Part shown: piece by piece, positions 20,421 to 29,390 of the stretch
Position numbering within the stretch: position 1 is the stretch's first letter
How the letters are laid out: every line of letters starts with the position of its first letter
Assembly: GCA_963716175.1 (NCBI GenBank)
Contig: OY970296.1
Span: 2,592,001 to 2,656,000, forward strand
Direction of reading: 5' to 3'
DNA length: 64,000 bases
DNA from: an uncultured Armatimonadetes bacterium
GTDB taxonomy: Bacteria > Armatimonadota > Hebobacteria > Hebobacterales > Hebobacteraceae
The notes under the pieces: model-generated
The model's database searches: none
Told to the model about the DNA's origin: nothing
The model's input: only the letters and a program-made list of their open reading frames with translations
Translations under genes and position numbers: made by a program

Positions 20421-21932
20421 TCAAGCACCCCACACGCGGGGCATCCACAGCGGTTCCTTGCCCATTTCAGCGAACAGCAGCTTCATCACCAGATCGGCCT
20501 TCAGTGCCTGGTGGGCCGGGCTGTCCCAGAGGTTGCGGATCTCCCCCGGGTCCTCCTGCAGGTCGAAGAGCTCGCCATAGGGCCGCCGGTAGTAGATGGT
20601 GAGCTTGTACCGCTCATCCACATAGGTCTTCAGGTGGATGGTGGTCGGCTCATGGCGGTTCTCCACCACCACGTGGTCCCGCGCCGACTCGCTTTCGCCG
20701 CGCCAGACCGCGCTCTGATCCACGCCGCTCATGGCGCGGGGGATAGGGAGCCCGGCGAGGCGGAGAAAGGTAGGCGCCAGATCCACCAGTGACTGGAGCG
20801 CATCGCGTCTGACTCCCGGGGGCACGCGCCCCGGATGGCGCACTATGAGCGGCACCCTGAGCAAGTCTTCGTAGTGGAAGGGCCCTTTGGCGATCAGGCC
20901 ATGCTGCCCGAAGAGGTGCCCGTGGTCACTGGCAAAAACCACCACGGTGCTCTCTGCCAGCTTGAGCGCGTCGAGCTGATCCAGGATGGCGCCGATGTAC
21001 TTGTCCATCAAGCTGATCATCCCGTAGTAGACCCCGACGTCCTTCGCCAGCTCGGCCCGGTCTTGCCGGTGCGAGTGCAGGCCGTGCATCCACTGGTGGC
21101 TCTCCTCCCAGGCAGAGAAATCCGGGTCGGCCTGCTGGGTGAGCTGGTGATGCAGAGGGTTGTGATCGTGCTCGCCCGGGGTGAGGGCGGGAATGGTCAG
21201 CCGGCTCGGGTCGTACATCGTGTCCCAGGGCTCCGGCGCCAGGTACGGTGGGTGCGGGTCGAGGAAGCTCACCCACAAGAAGAACCGCTCCCGCCGCTCC
21301 TGATACTCGCGGAGCAGGGCGGCGGTGCGCTCCGCGATCCAGGTATCGTAGTGATACTGCTCCGGGATCAGCCACTTCCAGCGCTGGGAAGCGTTATTCC
21401 CCGTCGGAGGCTGGAAGTAGTCGCGCCAGTTGGCACATCCTCTCTCTTCCATCCACAGCGCGTAATGCTGGCCCACCAGGTGCTCATCGGTGTGATTCCG
21501 CGCCAGTTCGACGTGCTCGAAGCCATAGAAAGGCCCGTGGAACCTCCGCCAGAAGGCCAGGTTCTGCATCACGGGAACAGCCTCCAGGGAGGCGAACTCC
21601 TCCGTGGATCGCAGGGGCTGGAAGTGCGCCTTGCCCACCAACGCGGTGCGGTAACCTGCTTGCTGCAGGTCTTCGCCCACGGTGTGCGCGCCCTCGGGAA
21701 GCTTGGTGCCCAGCGACCAGGCCCCGTGCTGGCTGGGATACCGGCCGGTGATGATCGAGGCCCGCGTGGGCGTGCAGGTCGGATTGGGGCAGTAGGCGCG
21801 CGTGAAAAGAGTGCCTTCTTCCGCCAGCCGGTCGAGGTGCGGAGTGGCGATCTCCGGGTTCAGGCAACCGAGGGTGCTCCAGTGCTGCTGGTCAGAGGTG
21901 ATGAACAGGAAATTGGGCTTTCCCTCTGCCAT
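20421..21932 (-). CDS. Cys-type sulfatase
   Basis: SDQQH, CTPTR motif, GKAHF, DPHPPY, SDHG. Confidence 0.93.
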   Translation of the reverse strand: MAEGKPNFLFITSDQQHWSTLGCLNPEIATPHLDRLAEEGTLFTRAYCPNPTCTPTRASIITGRYPSQHGAWSLGTKLPEGAHTVGEDLQQAGYRTALVGKAHFQPLRSTEEFASLEAVPVMQNLAFWRRFHGPFYGFEHVELARNHTDEHLVGQHYALWMEERGCANWRDYFQPPTGNNASQRWKWLIPEQYHYDTWIAERTAALLREYQERRERFFLWVSFLDPHPPYLAPEPWDTMYDPSRLTIPALTPGEHDHNPLHHQLTQQADPDFSAWEESHQWMHGLHSHRQDRAELAKDVGVYYGMISLMDKYIGAILDQLDALKLAESTVVVFASDHGHLFGQHGLIAKGPFHYEDLLRVPLIVRHPGRVPPGVRRDALQSLVDLAPTFLRLAGLPIPRAMSGVDQSAVWRGESESARDHVVVENRHEPTTIHLKTYVDERYKLTIYYRRPYGELFDLQEDPGEIRNLWDSPAHQALKADLVMKLLFAEMGKEPLWMPRVWGA

Positions 21933-21941
21933 GTCCTGGCC

Positions 21942-22925
21942 TCATTCCACTAGGGCGCGGCGCGCGTGCTCTGCCCAATCGGGATCCTCGAGCATGGCGC
22001 TCCCGACGGCGGCGAAATCGCAGTGACCCTCCGCGATCGCCCGCTCGGCATCGGCCGGATCACCGAGACGCCCGGCGACGATGATCGGCAGGTATGTGAG
22101 GGCCTTCGCGCGCTGCCCCAGCGACCTGTCATCCCCGAAATAGCCCCGGAAAGCGCCGTCGCCATCGGTCGAGAGGTGGAGCACGTCAACCCCCGCGCCC
22201 TCCAAGCCTTTGACAAGCTGCTCGAAGTCGGGCCGCGCGAACCCCTCGCGGATCTTGTTGAAGATGCTGATGCGGCAGATCAGCACCGCGCCCTCTCCCA
22301 GCCGCGACTTGACCCGCTGGCAGGTTTCCACCAGCATGCGCATCCGGCCTTCGATCGGTCCGCCGTAAGCGTCGTCCCGGAGGTTGCGCTGCAATGACAG
22401 GAAGGAGTCGAGCAGGAAGCCATGCGCCCCGTGAACCTCCACCGCGTCGAATCCCGCGGCCACCGCGCGGGCGGCCGCCTCCCCGAAGTGCCCCTGGATG
22501 GCCTGCATCTCCGCGACCGAGAGCGGCCGCGGCTCCGGCGCATCGTCAGAGGGCCGCACCGCTGATGGGCCCACGGTCGGAGAGCCAGACGCCTCGGGAG
22601 AGGCTTGCGGGCCGCCGTGTACCAGTTGGATAGCGGCCACTGCTCCGGCCTGGTGGAGGCACCCGGCGAGGGCCGATAGGCCGGCCTCGTGTCGCGGGCT
22701 TGCGGCCCCCAGGCCTCGCTCCCAGCATCTGCCTCCCTCATGCACATAGGTGGCCTCGACGATGACCATGCCAGTGCCCCCGCGTGCCCGGCGCTCGTAG
22801 TGCGCGATGATCTCGTCGGTAGCGCAGCCGCTGGTGTCGGCCCGCCCTGTCACCATGGGTGGCATCACCACGCGGTTGCGGAAAGTGAGGCCTTTGACCT
22901 GCATGGGAGAGAACAGAAGGCTCAT
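21942..22925 (-). CDS. NADH:flavin oxidoreductase (Old Yellow Enzyme family)
   Basis: NRVVMPPM, QLVHGG, GFDAVEVHGAHG, N.R.D.YGG. Confidence 0.92.
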   Translation of the reverse strand: MSLLFSPMQVKGLTFRNRVVMPPMVTGRADTSGCATDEIIAHYERRARGGTGMVIVEATYVHEGGRCWERGLGAASPRHEAGLSALAGCLHQAGAVAAIQLVHGGPQASPEASGSPTVGPSAVRPSDDAPEPRPLSVAEMQAIQGHFGEAAARAVAAGFDAVEVHGAHGFLLDSFLSLQRNLRDDAYGGPIEGRMRMLVETCQRVKSRLGEGAVLICRISIFNKIREGFARPDFEQLVKGLEGAGVDVLHLSTDGDGAFRGYFGDDRSLGQRAKALTYLPIIVAGRLGDPADAERAIAEGHCDFAAVGSAMLEDPDWAEHARRALVE

Positions 22926-22954
22926 CCGGCGTTCCTCCAGTGCTCCTGCGAGGA

Positions 22955-22982
22955 AGTGGCAGGAGCCAAGCTCCTGCCCAAC
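22955..22982 (+). repeat. REP-like hairpin; empty-site form of the 24-nt insertion target
   Basis: agtggcaggagccaagctcctgcccaac; matches the flanks at 43481-43532 without the insert. Confidence 0.75.
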
Positions 22983-23023
22983 ATGAGTCTTGGTTCACTT
23001 TGCCCGCGATTCCTTCTCTGGTC

Positions 23024-23047
23024 CTTCGGCTCCGCTCGGGGCAGGCC
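23024..23047 (+). repeat. 24-nt micro-insertion copy (intergenic)
   Basis: cttcggctccgctcggggcaggcc, 22/24 identical to the copy at 43501. Confidence 0.75.
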
Positions 23048-23117
23048 TTACGGGAGAGGTATCACTTTGATCTCTGCCGAAGCTTCGCGGGCAACCCGTC
23101 CCACAGAGGAGGTCTCG

Positions 23118-23903
23118 ATGCGCATCGGCGCCACCCAGATCTGCTTCTCCGATAAGTCTGTCAGCGACAGCCTCGCCTACGCCAAGGCCACCGGATACGA
23201 GAGCCTGGAGCTGACCGTCCACGCGAAAGGCGAACTCGACCCTGGAACCGACGACGCCTCCTTGCGCGGGATAGCGGGCGAGGCCGAGCGGGTGGGGATC
23301 GCCATCTGCTCGCTGGCCGCGGGGATGTGTTCGGGGTTCGCCTCGCCCGACCCGGCGGTGCGCGCCGGCGCCCTGGATGGCCTGCGCAAGTGCATCCACA
23401 TTGCCACCATGTTGGGGGCGGACACGATCCTGGTGCATCCCGGCCAGCTCACACCTCAGGTGCGCTATGACATCATGTACCAGAACGTGCAGGAGGCCAT
23501 GCGCAAAGTGGCGCCGGAGGCGGAGCGAGCACGCGTGTTCATCGGTGTCGAGAACGTCTGGAACAAGTTCCTGCTGTCGCCGCTGGAGGCGAAGCAGTTT
23601 GTGGATGAGATCGCGTCCGAGTATGTTGGGATCTACTTCGATATCGGCAACTTCGTGCCCTGGGCCTACCCCGAGCAGTGGATCGAAATCCTGGGCCGCC
23701 GGGTCAAGAAGGTGCACTTCAAGGACTTCCGTCGCAAGGGTCACCAGTTCGTCCCACTCCTGGAGGGCGATGTGGACTGGCCGGCGGTGATGAAGGCACT
23801 GCGGAGCATCGGGTATGACTCCGATGTCATCCAGGAGGTGGCCGGGGACGAGGCCGGCATGAGGGCGACCGCGGAGGCGATGCGCAAGATCGTGCGGATG
23901 TAG
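23118..23903 (+). CDS. Sugar phosphate isomerase/epimerase (hexulose-6P isomerase-like)
   Basis: ENVWNKFLLSPLE, YFDIGN, HFKDF, GDVDW. Confidence 0.9.
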   Translation: MRIGATQICFSDKSVSDSLAYAKATGYESLELTVHAKGELDPGTDDASLRGIAGEAERVGIAICSLAAGMCSGFASPDPAVRAGALDGLRKCIHIATMLGADTILVHPGQLTPQVRYDIMYQNVQEAMRKVAPEAERARVFIGVENVWNKFLLSPLEAKQFVDEIASEYVGIYFDIGNFVPWAYPEQWIEILGRRVKKVHFKDFRRKGHQFVPLLEGDVDWPAVMKALRSIGYDSDVIQEVAGDEAGMRATAEAMRKIVRM

Positions 23904-23975
23904 AGGGCATGGGCCAGGCTGGGAGCCCGCCACAAGGCCGGCGGGCGGGCCTGGGCTACCGAAGGGAGGGAGGGC

Positions 23976-24995
23976 ATGCGGTTCATCCTGGTTGGCGTGG
24001 GCGGCTTCGGCACTTCCTGGCGGCAGGGCCTCACGACCACGCCTGGGGTCGAGGTGTTGGCGCTGGTGGACATCAGGCGCGACCGTCTGGAGGAAGCCGC
24101 GTCTTTCTTTGGCGTTCCCCCGGACCGGTGTTTCCCCAGCGACGAGCTGCCCTGGGAGCAGGTGGAGGCCGATGGCATAGTGCACAGCACGCCTCAGAAC
24201 TTCCGCGCCGCCCACGCCCTGCGCGCGCTGCGCGCGGGCAAGCACGTGCTTGCAGTCAAACCGATGAGCGACCAGTGGGAGACGGGAGTGGCGATGGCGG
24301 AGGAGGCAGCTCGCCGCGGCCGCAAGCTGGTGATCGCCCAGCAGATGCGTTGGCACCCGCTGATCCTGAAGCTGCGCGAGCTGGTGCAGGGCGGGGCCCT
24401 GGGCGAGATCGGCTACGTGCACGTGGACTTCTTCTACGGGTTCGAGGGCTACGCTGGCAGCTATCTCCAGCCCTATCCGCTGCTGGTGCAGGGCGCCATC
24501 CACCACTTCGATTTCTTGCGCTGGATCCTGGGCGCGGATGCCAAGCGGGTGTGGGCGGAGAACTTCAACCCCCCTTGGATCGCAGGGCCGGACGTTCGCA
24601 GCGCCTATGTCGCATTCGAGATGGCCAACGGGGTGCGCGCCTGCTACCGGTCTGTGCCCAGTCGCAGCGACCACAACAGCTGGCTCTGCGGGTGGCGCAT
24701 AGAGGGCACGAAAGGGCTGGCCGAAGCCAAGCAGGACCGCGTCTACCTCGATGGCGAGGAGATCCTCTCGGCCTGGGAGGACGGCGAGACCTTCAACAAC
24801 CGGCGGCTCCCCGAGCTGCAACAGGTGGTGCTCCAGCAGTTCATTGCCTACGCCAACGGGGGTGAAGAGCCAGGCATCTCCGGGCGCAATAACCTGAACA
24901 GCCTGGAGATGTGCTTCGGCGCTATCCGCGCCTCGGAGACGGGCCGGCGGCAAGAGCTGGGGAGAGACCGCGGCCAGGCCGGAGGCCCGCCATAG
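23976..24995 (+). CDS. Gfo/Idh/MocA family oxidoreductase
   Basis: GVGGFG, GKHVLAVKP, IHHFD. Confidence 0.9.
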   Translation: MRFILVGVGGFGTSWRQGLTTTPGVEVLALVDIRRDRLEEAASFFGVPPDRCFPSDELPWEQVEADGIVHSTPQNFRAAHALRALRAGKHVLAVKPMSDQWETGVAMAEEAARRGRKLVIAQQMRWHPLILKLRELVQGGALGEIGYVHVDFFYGFEGYAGSYLQPYPLLVQGAIHHFDFLRWILGADAKRVWAENFNPPWIAGPDVRSAYVAFEMANGVRACYRSVPSRSDHNSWLCGWRIEGTKGLAEAKQDRVYLDGEEILSAWEDGETFNNRRLPELQQVVLQQFIAYANGGEEPGISGRNNLNSLEMCFGAIRASETGRRQELGRDRGQAGGPP

Positions 24996-25018
24996 GGCCG
25001 GCGGGCCTGGGCTGCTGA

Positions 25019-25933
25019 CTAGGGTCGGGACCGCCCCAGTTGCACCCGCTTACGGTACTCCGTCGGCGTCCAGCCGTACCGCTTCCGGAAACGACGATGG
25101 AGGTGGCTCCCATCCACAAAGTGGGCCTCTGCGGCTATGCTCTCCACTGATCTCTCGGTAGTGAGCAGGAGGTGGGCGGCAAAGGTGAGGCGAGCGCGCT
25201 CGCGGAACCTCCCGAAGCTGATCCCCATGGTATGCCTGAAGATGGCGTCGAAGTGCGAGCGGCTGAGGGCGCAAGCTGCCGCAGCATCAGAAACGCCTAA
25301 CCGGTGCGCGGGGTCAGAGTGGACGAGGGTGAGCGCGGGCATGATCCGGGCGACATTGCTGACACGCAGTCGGGCCTGTCGGCCGGAGGCCGCGGGCTGC
25401 TCCCATCCCCGCCGCAGCATTACGAGCAAGAGCAGCGTGTAAAGCCGCAGCGCGGTCTCCCAGGCCGGTCCTCTCTCGTGCACTTCCCGCCAGAGATGCC
25501 GGCCAATCGCCAACGCCTCCTGCCGCATCTGGGGGGTGCTGGCTCGGGGCCGCTGGGCCGGAGGAACGGCGAATAGGCTCAACCAGGGGACTCCGTCCAG
25601 CATCTCCTCCCCAAGGAAGTCCGGGAGGAATACCAGCACCGCGTTCTCTGTCCTCGGCTCGGTGATCCGCCAGCCGTGGGGCTCCCACATGGCGCACAGC
25701 CAGACGTCGCCCGGCCTCGTGGACAGCACCATCTCGTCGAAGCTAATCTCCTGACCCCCGGCCAGGATGACGCCGATCTCTAGCCCTGCGTGCACGTGTA
25801 AGTCCCGGCCCGTGGGCACAGGATGCGCCATCGCGCTCACCCAGAACGGACTGGCCTCGGTGAGTTGATGGTCATAGAGGGCGGGCCCGGGCCCGGCCGA
25901 TATGCGAGGCACTTCACTCATTAGGGCAATCAT
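25019..25933 (-). CDS. AraC family transcriptional regulator
   Basis: Cupin H.H..LE N-domain and C-terminal double HTH (LSRSHF...F...GWTPTEYR); start uncertain. Confidence 0.9.
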   Translation of the reverse strand: MIALMSEVPRISAGPGPALYDHQLTEASPFWVSAMAHPVPTGRDLHVHAGLEIGVILAGGQEISFDEMVLSTRPGDVWLCAMWEPHGWRITEPRTENAVLVFLPDFLGEEMLDGVPWLSLFAVPPAQRPRASTPQMRQEALAIGRHLWREVHERGPAWETALRLYTLLLLVMLRRGWEQPAASGRQARLRVSNVARIMPALTLVHSDPAHRLGVSDAAAACALSRSHFDAIFRHTMGISFGRFRERARLTFAAHLLLTTERSVESIAAEAHFVDGSHLHRRFRKRYGWTPTEYRKRVQLGRSRP

Positions 25934-26157
25934 ACTGGACTCGGCGCCTCCTGTCGAGGGTGTGAGCAGGTGCTGCGCCGACCAGGCGAAGTGTGCGCCA
26001 ATGGGCTGCAGGAATGCATCCTGGCCCGTCACAGCAGGAGAGCATTAGCTTTCCAAGTCCCGGATCGGAGCTTGCGGCCGCGTGTTCCCGCCCAGCAGAA
26101 TCGTGAAATCCTACAGGAATGCTCGCCAACCGTACAATGACGTGAAGAGGCCTGAGT

Positions 26158-26283
26158 GCTAGTCTAGACTAGGTGGGAAGTCGTTCCCCGTCGTGATGGC
26201 CCACTTGCAGGCGCCAGCGGCCAACGCGAGAGGAGGTGGGACAGGTCCAAGCGCGACGTTAGCGGGGAGTGGCCTAGACCAGA
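26158..26283 (+). promoter_or_regulatory. Two GntR/HutC-type (DasR/NagR-like) operator candidates upstream of the DUF1559 gene
   Basis: Perfect palindrome CTAGTCTAGACTAG 26159-26172 and AGTGGCCTAGACCAGA 26268-26283, both downstream of TACAAT 26133-26138. Confidence 0.55.
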
Positions 26284-26306
26284 CCCTATACAGGAGGTGT
26301 GACAAG

Positions 26307-27341
26307 ATGCGGTCTCGCCGAAAGGATGGTTTCACGCTGATCGAGCTGCTGGTGGTGATCGCGATCATCGCGATCCTGGCCGCGATGCTGTTCCCGGTAT
26401 TTGCCCGGGCGAGGGAGTCAGCCCGCAAGATTCAGTGCCTTTCCAATGTCAAGAACATCTCCCTCGCCTTCCAGATGTACCTCTCGGACTACGACAGGTT
26501 CCCACCCTCGGAGCACCGGCAGGAGGTGGTTGACTGGTTCTACACCGACCCCGTCGGGGACTGCGCTCCCGTGGACGAGCACGCCGCGCACTGGGGGGCG
26601 GACCGGTCCAATCCCTATCTGCGCTGGCCGGTCATATTGGACGAGTACGTGAAGAACCGCGACGTGTGGCGCTGCCCCAGCGCCAAGTTCGTGAGTGGCG
26701 CTGCCTGGATTATCCCCGGAACCGACTGGGTCAAGACGCTGCAGGTTCACCAGGGCGAATGGGGCAGCACTGACGTCGGCGGGCCCTGCGACCTGGGCTG
26801 GCCTCCAGGTTGGGGGGGCACGGTCACCGACTCCTTCACCCAGGGAAAGGCCAGAAGCGGAAGTGAGCAGACCAGCGCCCTCGGCGCCTTCGAGCAGACG
26901 ATCGGCACCAACGAGCTCGACCGGATGGACTACAAGGTGTCGGCGATTGAGGACCCGGCCGCGTTCGTGATCTGCGGAGACGCAGGCGCCGGCCCCAACC
27001 CCGGCGAGATGGACTCCTGGGGCACGCTGGCGTTCCCCGAGACCTGCCACATCGGGGGCTGCTGCGGCGCGGACTGGAACAACTGCTCATTCACGCAGTC
27101 CTGCGGACTGGACACCAGTCTTCTGAAGTCTTTCTGGACCGACCCCGATCTGAGGAAGCAGTACACCCGTCACCTGGGTGGCAGCAACATGGGCTTCGCG
27201 GATGGCCACGCCTCGTGGATGGCCGCGGACGCTATCATTGCTAGCTCGCCGGGTGGCGTGAACGGAGTAGGCGACGCGAACAAGGGCTTTCTGCGCGGCC
27301 TGCGTGACTGCTTCTGCCAGTATTGCGACGGCATGTTCTAG
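26307..27341 (+). CDS. Prepilin-type N-terminal cleavage/methylation protein, DUF1559 with H-X9-DG motif
   Basis: [33 protein letters not shown]; [14 protein letters not shown]. Confidence 0.92.
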   Translation: MRSRRKDGFTLIELLVVIAIIAILAAMLFPVFARARESARKIQCLSNVKNISLAFQMYLSDYDRFPPSEHRQEVVDWFYTDPVGDCAPVDEHAAHWGADRSNPYLRWPVILDEYVKNRDVWRCPSAKFVSGAAWIIPGTDWVKTLQVHQGEWGSTDVGGPCDLGWPPGWGGTVTDSFTQGKARSGSEQTSALGAFEQTIGTNELDRMDYKVSAIEDPAAFVICGDAGAGPNPGEMDSWGTLAFPETCHIGGCCGADWNNCSFTQSCGLDTSLLKSFWTDPDLRKQYTRHLGGSNMGFADGHASWMAADAIIASSPGGVNGVGDANKGFLRGLRDCFCQYCDGMF

Positions 27342-27615
27342 AGAGCTTCGCCGAATGAAGTAACACGGCGAAGCTCAAGAGGCGGCCCAGACGGGCACGG
27401 GGCGATGCTCGCACATTACTTCGTTGTGCGAACATCATTAGAGAGCGAGAGGCAGACCAGGGCGTCTGCGCGGCCTGCTGTGCTTCTGCCAGAATTGCGC
27501 CTGGGCCGTGCGCCGACAGGGCAAGCTGAAGAACGGGGAGCGCCCACGGGCGCTCCCCCTCCTGTTCCCCGTCCCGGCGCTGCCCGATTGCTGCCGCCGA
27601 TAGGAGGCGATCCCG

Positions 27616-28420
27616 GTGAAGATCAGTGTCATGCTGTTATGCTTTGCGCAGGCCCTGGAGACAGGCCGCTACTCCTTGGCCGATGCCTTCGCCTGCTGCG
27701 CCGAGGCCGGGGCCGTCGGGATCGAGACCATGGACAGCATGGTCGCAGAGGTGAGCGATGAAGAGCTGAAGGGCCTGCTCACCAAGTACGGACTCCTGGC
27801 GGCCGCGCACGACGTGAGTGTCGAGCTGGTCCGGGAAGATGCCGCGGGGCGGCGGCGCGCCATCAGATGACCTGGCGCGGGAACTGCGGCGCGCCGGCCA
27901 CATGGGCGCTCCCATCGTGATGTTGGTGCCGGGCTTCTTGGAGCCAGAGCAAGATTGGGGCCAGGCATTCGCTCACGCCGTCGAGGGGATCCGGGAAGTG
28001 CTGCCGCTGGCCGCCCAGCTCGGGGTGACCGTGACCGCGGAGCAGATGGGCTCGACCGCGCTCTGCTCCAACGCGCAGCAGCTGCGGAAGCTAGCGCAGG
28101 CGGTCAACTCGCCCCAGTTCGCGCTCTGCTTCGACACCGGCAACGCGATGCGCACCCAGGAGGGGCCTCTTGAGACGCTGCCCGCGCTCTTGCCCTTGGT
28201 CCGGCATGTTCACGCCAAGGATCACATGCTGACCGCGCAGGGCCAACGCAAAGATGTCCCGCTCGGTCGAGGGCGAGTGCCACTGGCGGAGATATATCGC
28301 TTGCTCGAAGCCGGAGGCTACCAGGGCTATCTCTCGGTGGAGCACATGCTTCCAGCGGATGATCCGCTTCCCGATCTACGCGCTTGTATCTCCTATCTGC
28401 GGCCGCTGATAGGGAACTAA
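27616..28420 (+). pseudogene. Sugar phosphate isomerase/epimerase split by a +1 frameshift at ~27865 (possibly an assembly error)
   Basis: Removing A27865 fuses RRRAI to DDLARELRR...FDTGN...HVHAKD...SVEH. Confidence 0.75.
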
Positions 28421-28504
28421 GCGATCCCGCCTGGTGAGCCACGGGTGCGGAGGCCCCCGGGGCCAGGCAGGGATGCAGCCCCGAGACTCGGAATCAAGAA
28501 CTCT

Positions 28505-29365
28505 GTGTCGAAGCAGCACCAGACCAGAGAAGCAGGCCAGACTGTCACCCGAGATCGGATCGCACGCGACCTCGCCGCGCTAGGCCTGCGCCCTGGTGAC
28601 GTGGTCTTCTTCCATAGCTCCCTGAGCAGCCTGGGTTGGGTGGAAGGCGGCCCCGACGCGGTGATAGATGCGTTCCTCGACGTGGTAGGACCGGAGGGGC
28701 TGGTGGCCGTGCCCACCCACTCCTATAGCTACCTCCATTACCATACCACCACCGCTCCCTTTGATCCGAGAGAGACGCCTTCCCGTACCGGCAAGCTCCC
28801 CGATACCCTCTGGCGGCGGCCTGATGCCTTCCGCAGCGCGCACCCCACTCATTCGGTGGCCGCTATCGGCCAGCGCGCCCGGGAGTTGGTGGCCGGCCAC
28901 GACCGGACCTCCACCTTCGGCCGGGAGGGTCCGCATCGGCGCTATGTGGACTGGGGCGCCAAGCTGCTGTTCCTGGGTGTGGGCCTGCACTGCAACACCA
29001 CCCTGCATGCCATTGAAGATTGGCTCGACCTGCCCTACCTGCAGGTGGAACGAGCCCTGGTGAAGGGGCCAGACGGGCAGCCGCGCGTGATCGAGGTGAC
29101 CAAGTCGCCGAGCGGCCACCGGGATTTCTATCGCGATGGCTCCAGGGTGGAGCGGCGGCTGCGCCGGGCCGGCTTGATCCACCATGGCAGGGTCGGCGCG
29201 GCCCGGACCCTGTGGCTCCCTTCCCAGGAGATGGTGGCGGAGGTGGTGAACGGGATCCACGAAGAGCCGGATCTGCTGCTGTGCGAGCGGGCCAACTGTG
29301 ACTTCTGCCAGCGTTACCGCCAGCCCGTCATTGACCACGTGCGCCGTCGCCGGCCTACCCTCTAG
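28505..29365 (+). CDS. AAC(3)/YokD family N-acetyltransferase
   Basis: HSSLSSLGWVEGG, RSAHPTHS, NTTLHAIE, C-terminal CxxxxCxxC; start uncertain. Confidence 0.88.
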   Translation: MSKQHQTREAGQTVTRDRIARDLAALGLRPGDVVFFHSSLSSLGWVEGGPDAVIDAFLDVVGPEGLVAVPTHSYSYLHYHTTTAPFDPRETPSRTGKLPDTLWRRPDAFRSAHPTHSVAAIGQRARELVAGHDRTSTFGREGPHRRYVDWGAKLLFLGVGLHCNTTLHAIEDWLDLPYLQVERALVKGPDGQPRVIEVTKSPSGHRDFYRDGSRVERRLRRAGLIHHGRVGAARTLWLPSQEMVAEVVNGIHEEPDLLLCERANCDFCQRYRQPVIDHVRRRRPTL

Positions 29366-29390
29366 CCGCCGGGTGAGGAGTGCTTCCTGG

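Noticed and set aside
28505-29365. Acquired aminoglycoside resistance gene
   Set aside because: Host-like composition, no mobile context, and the family includes many non-resistance members
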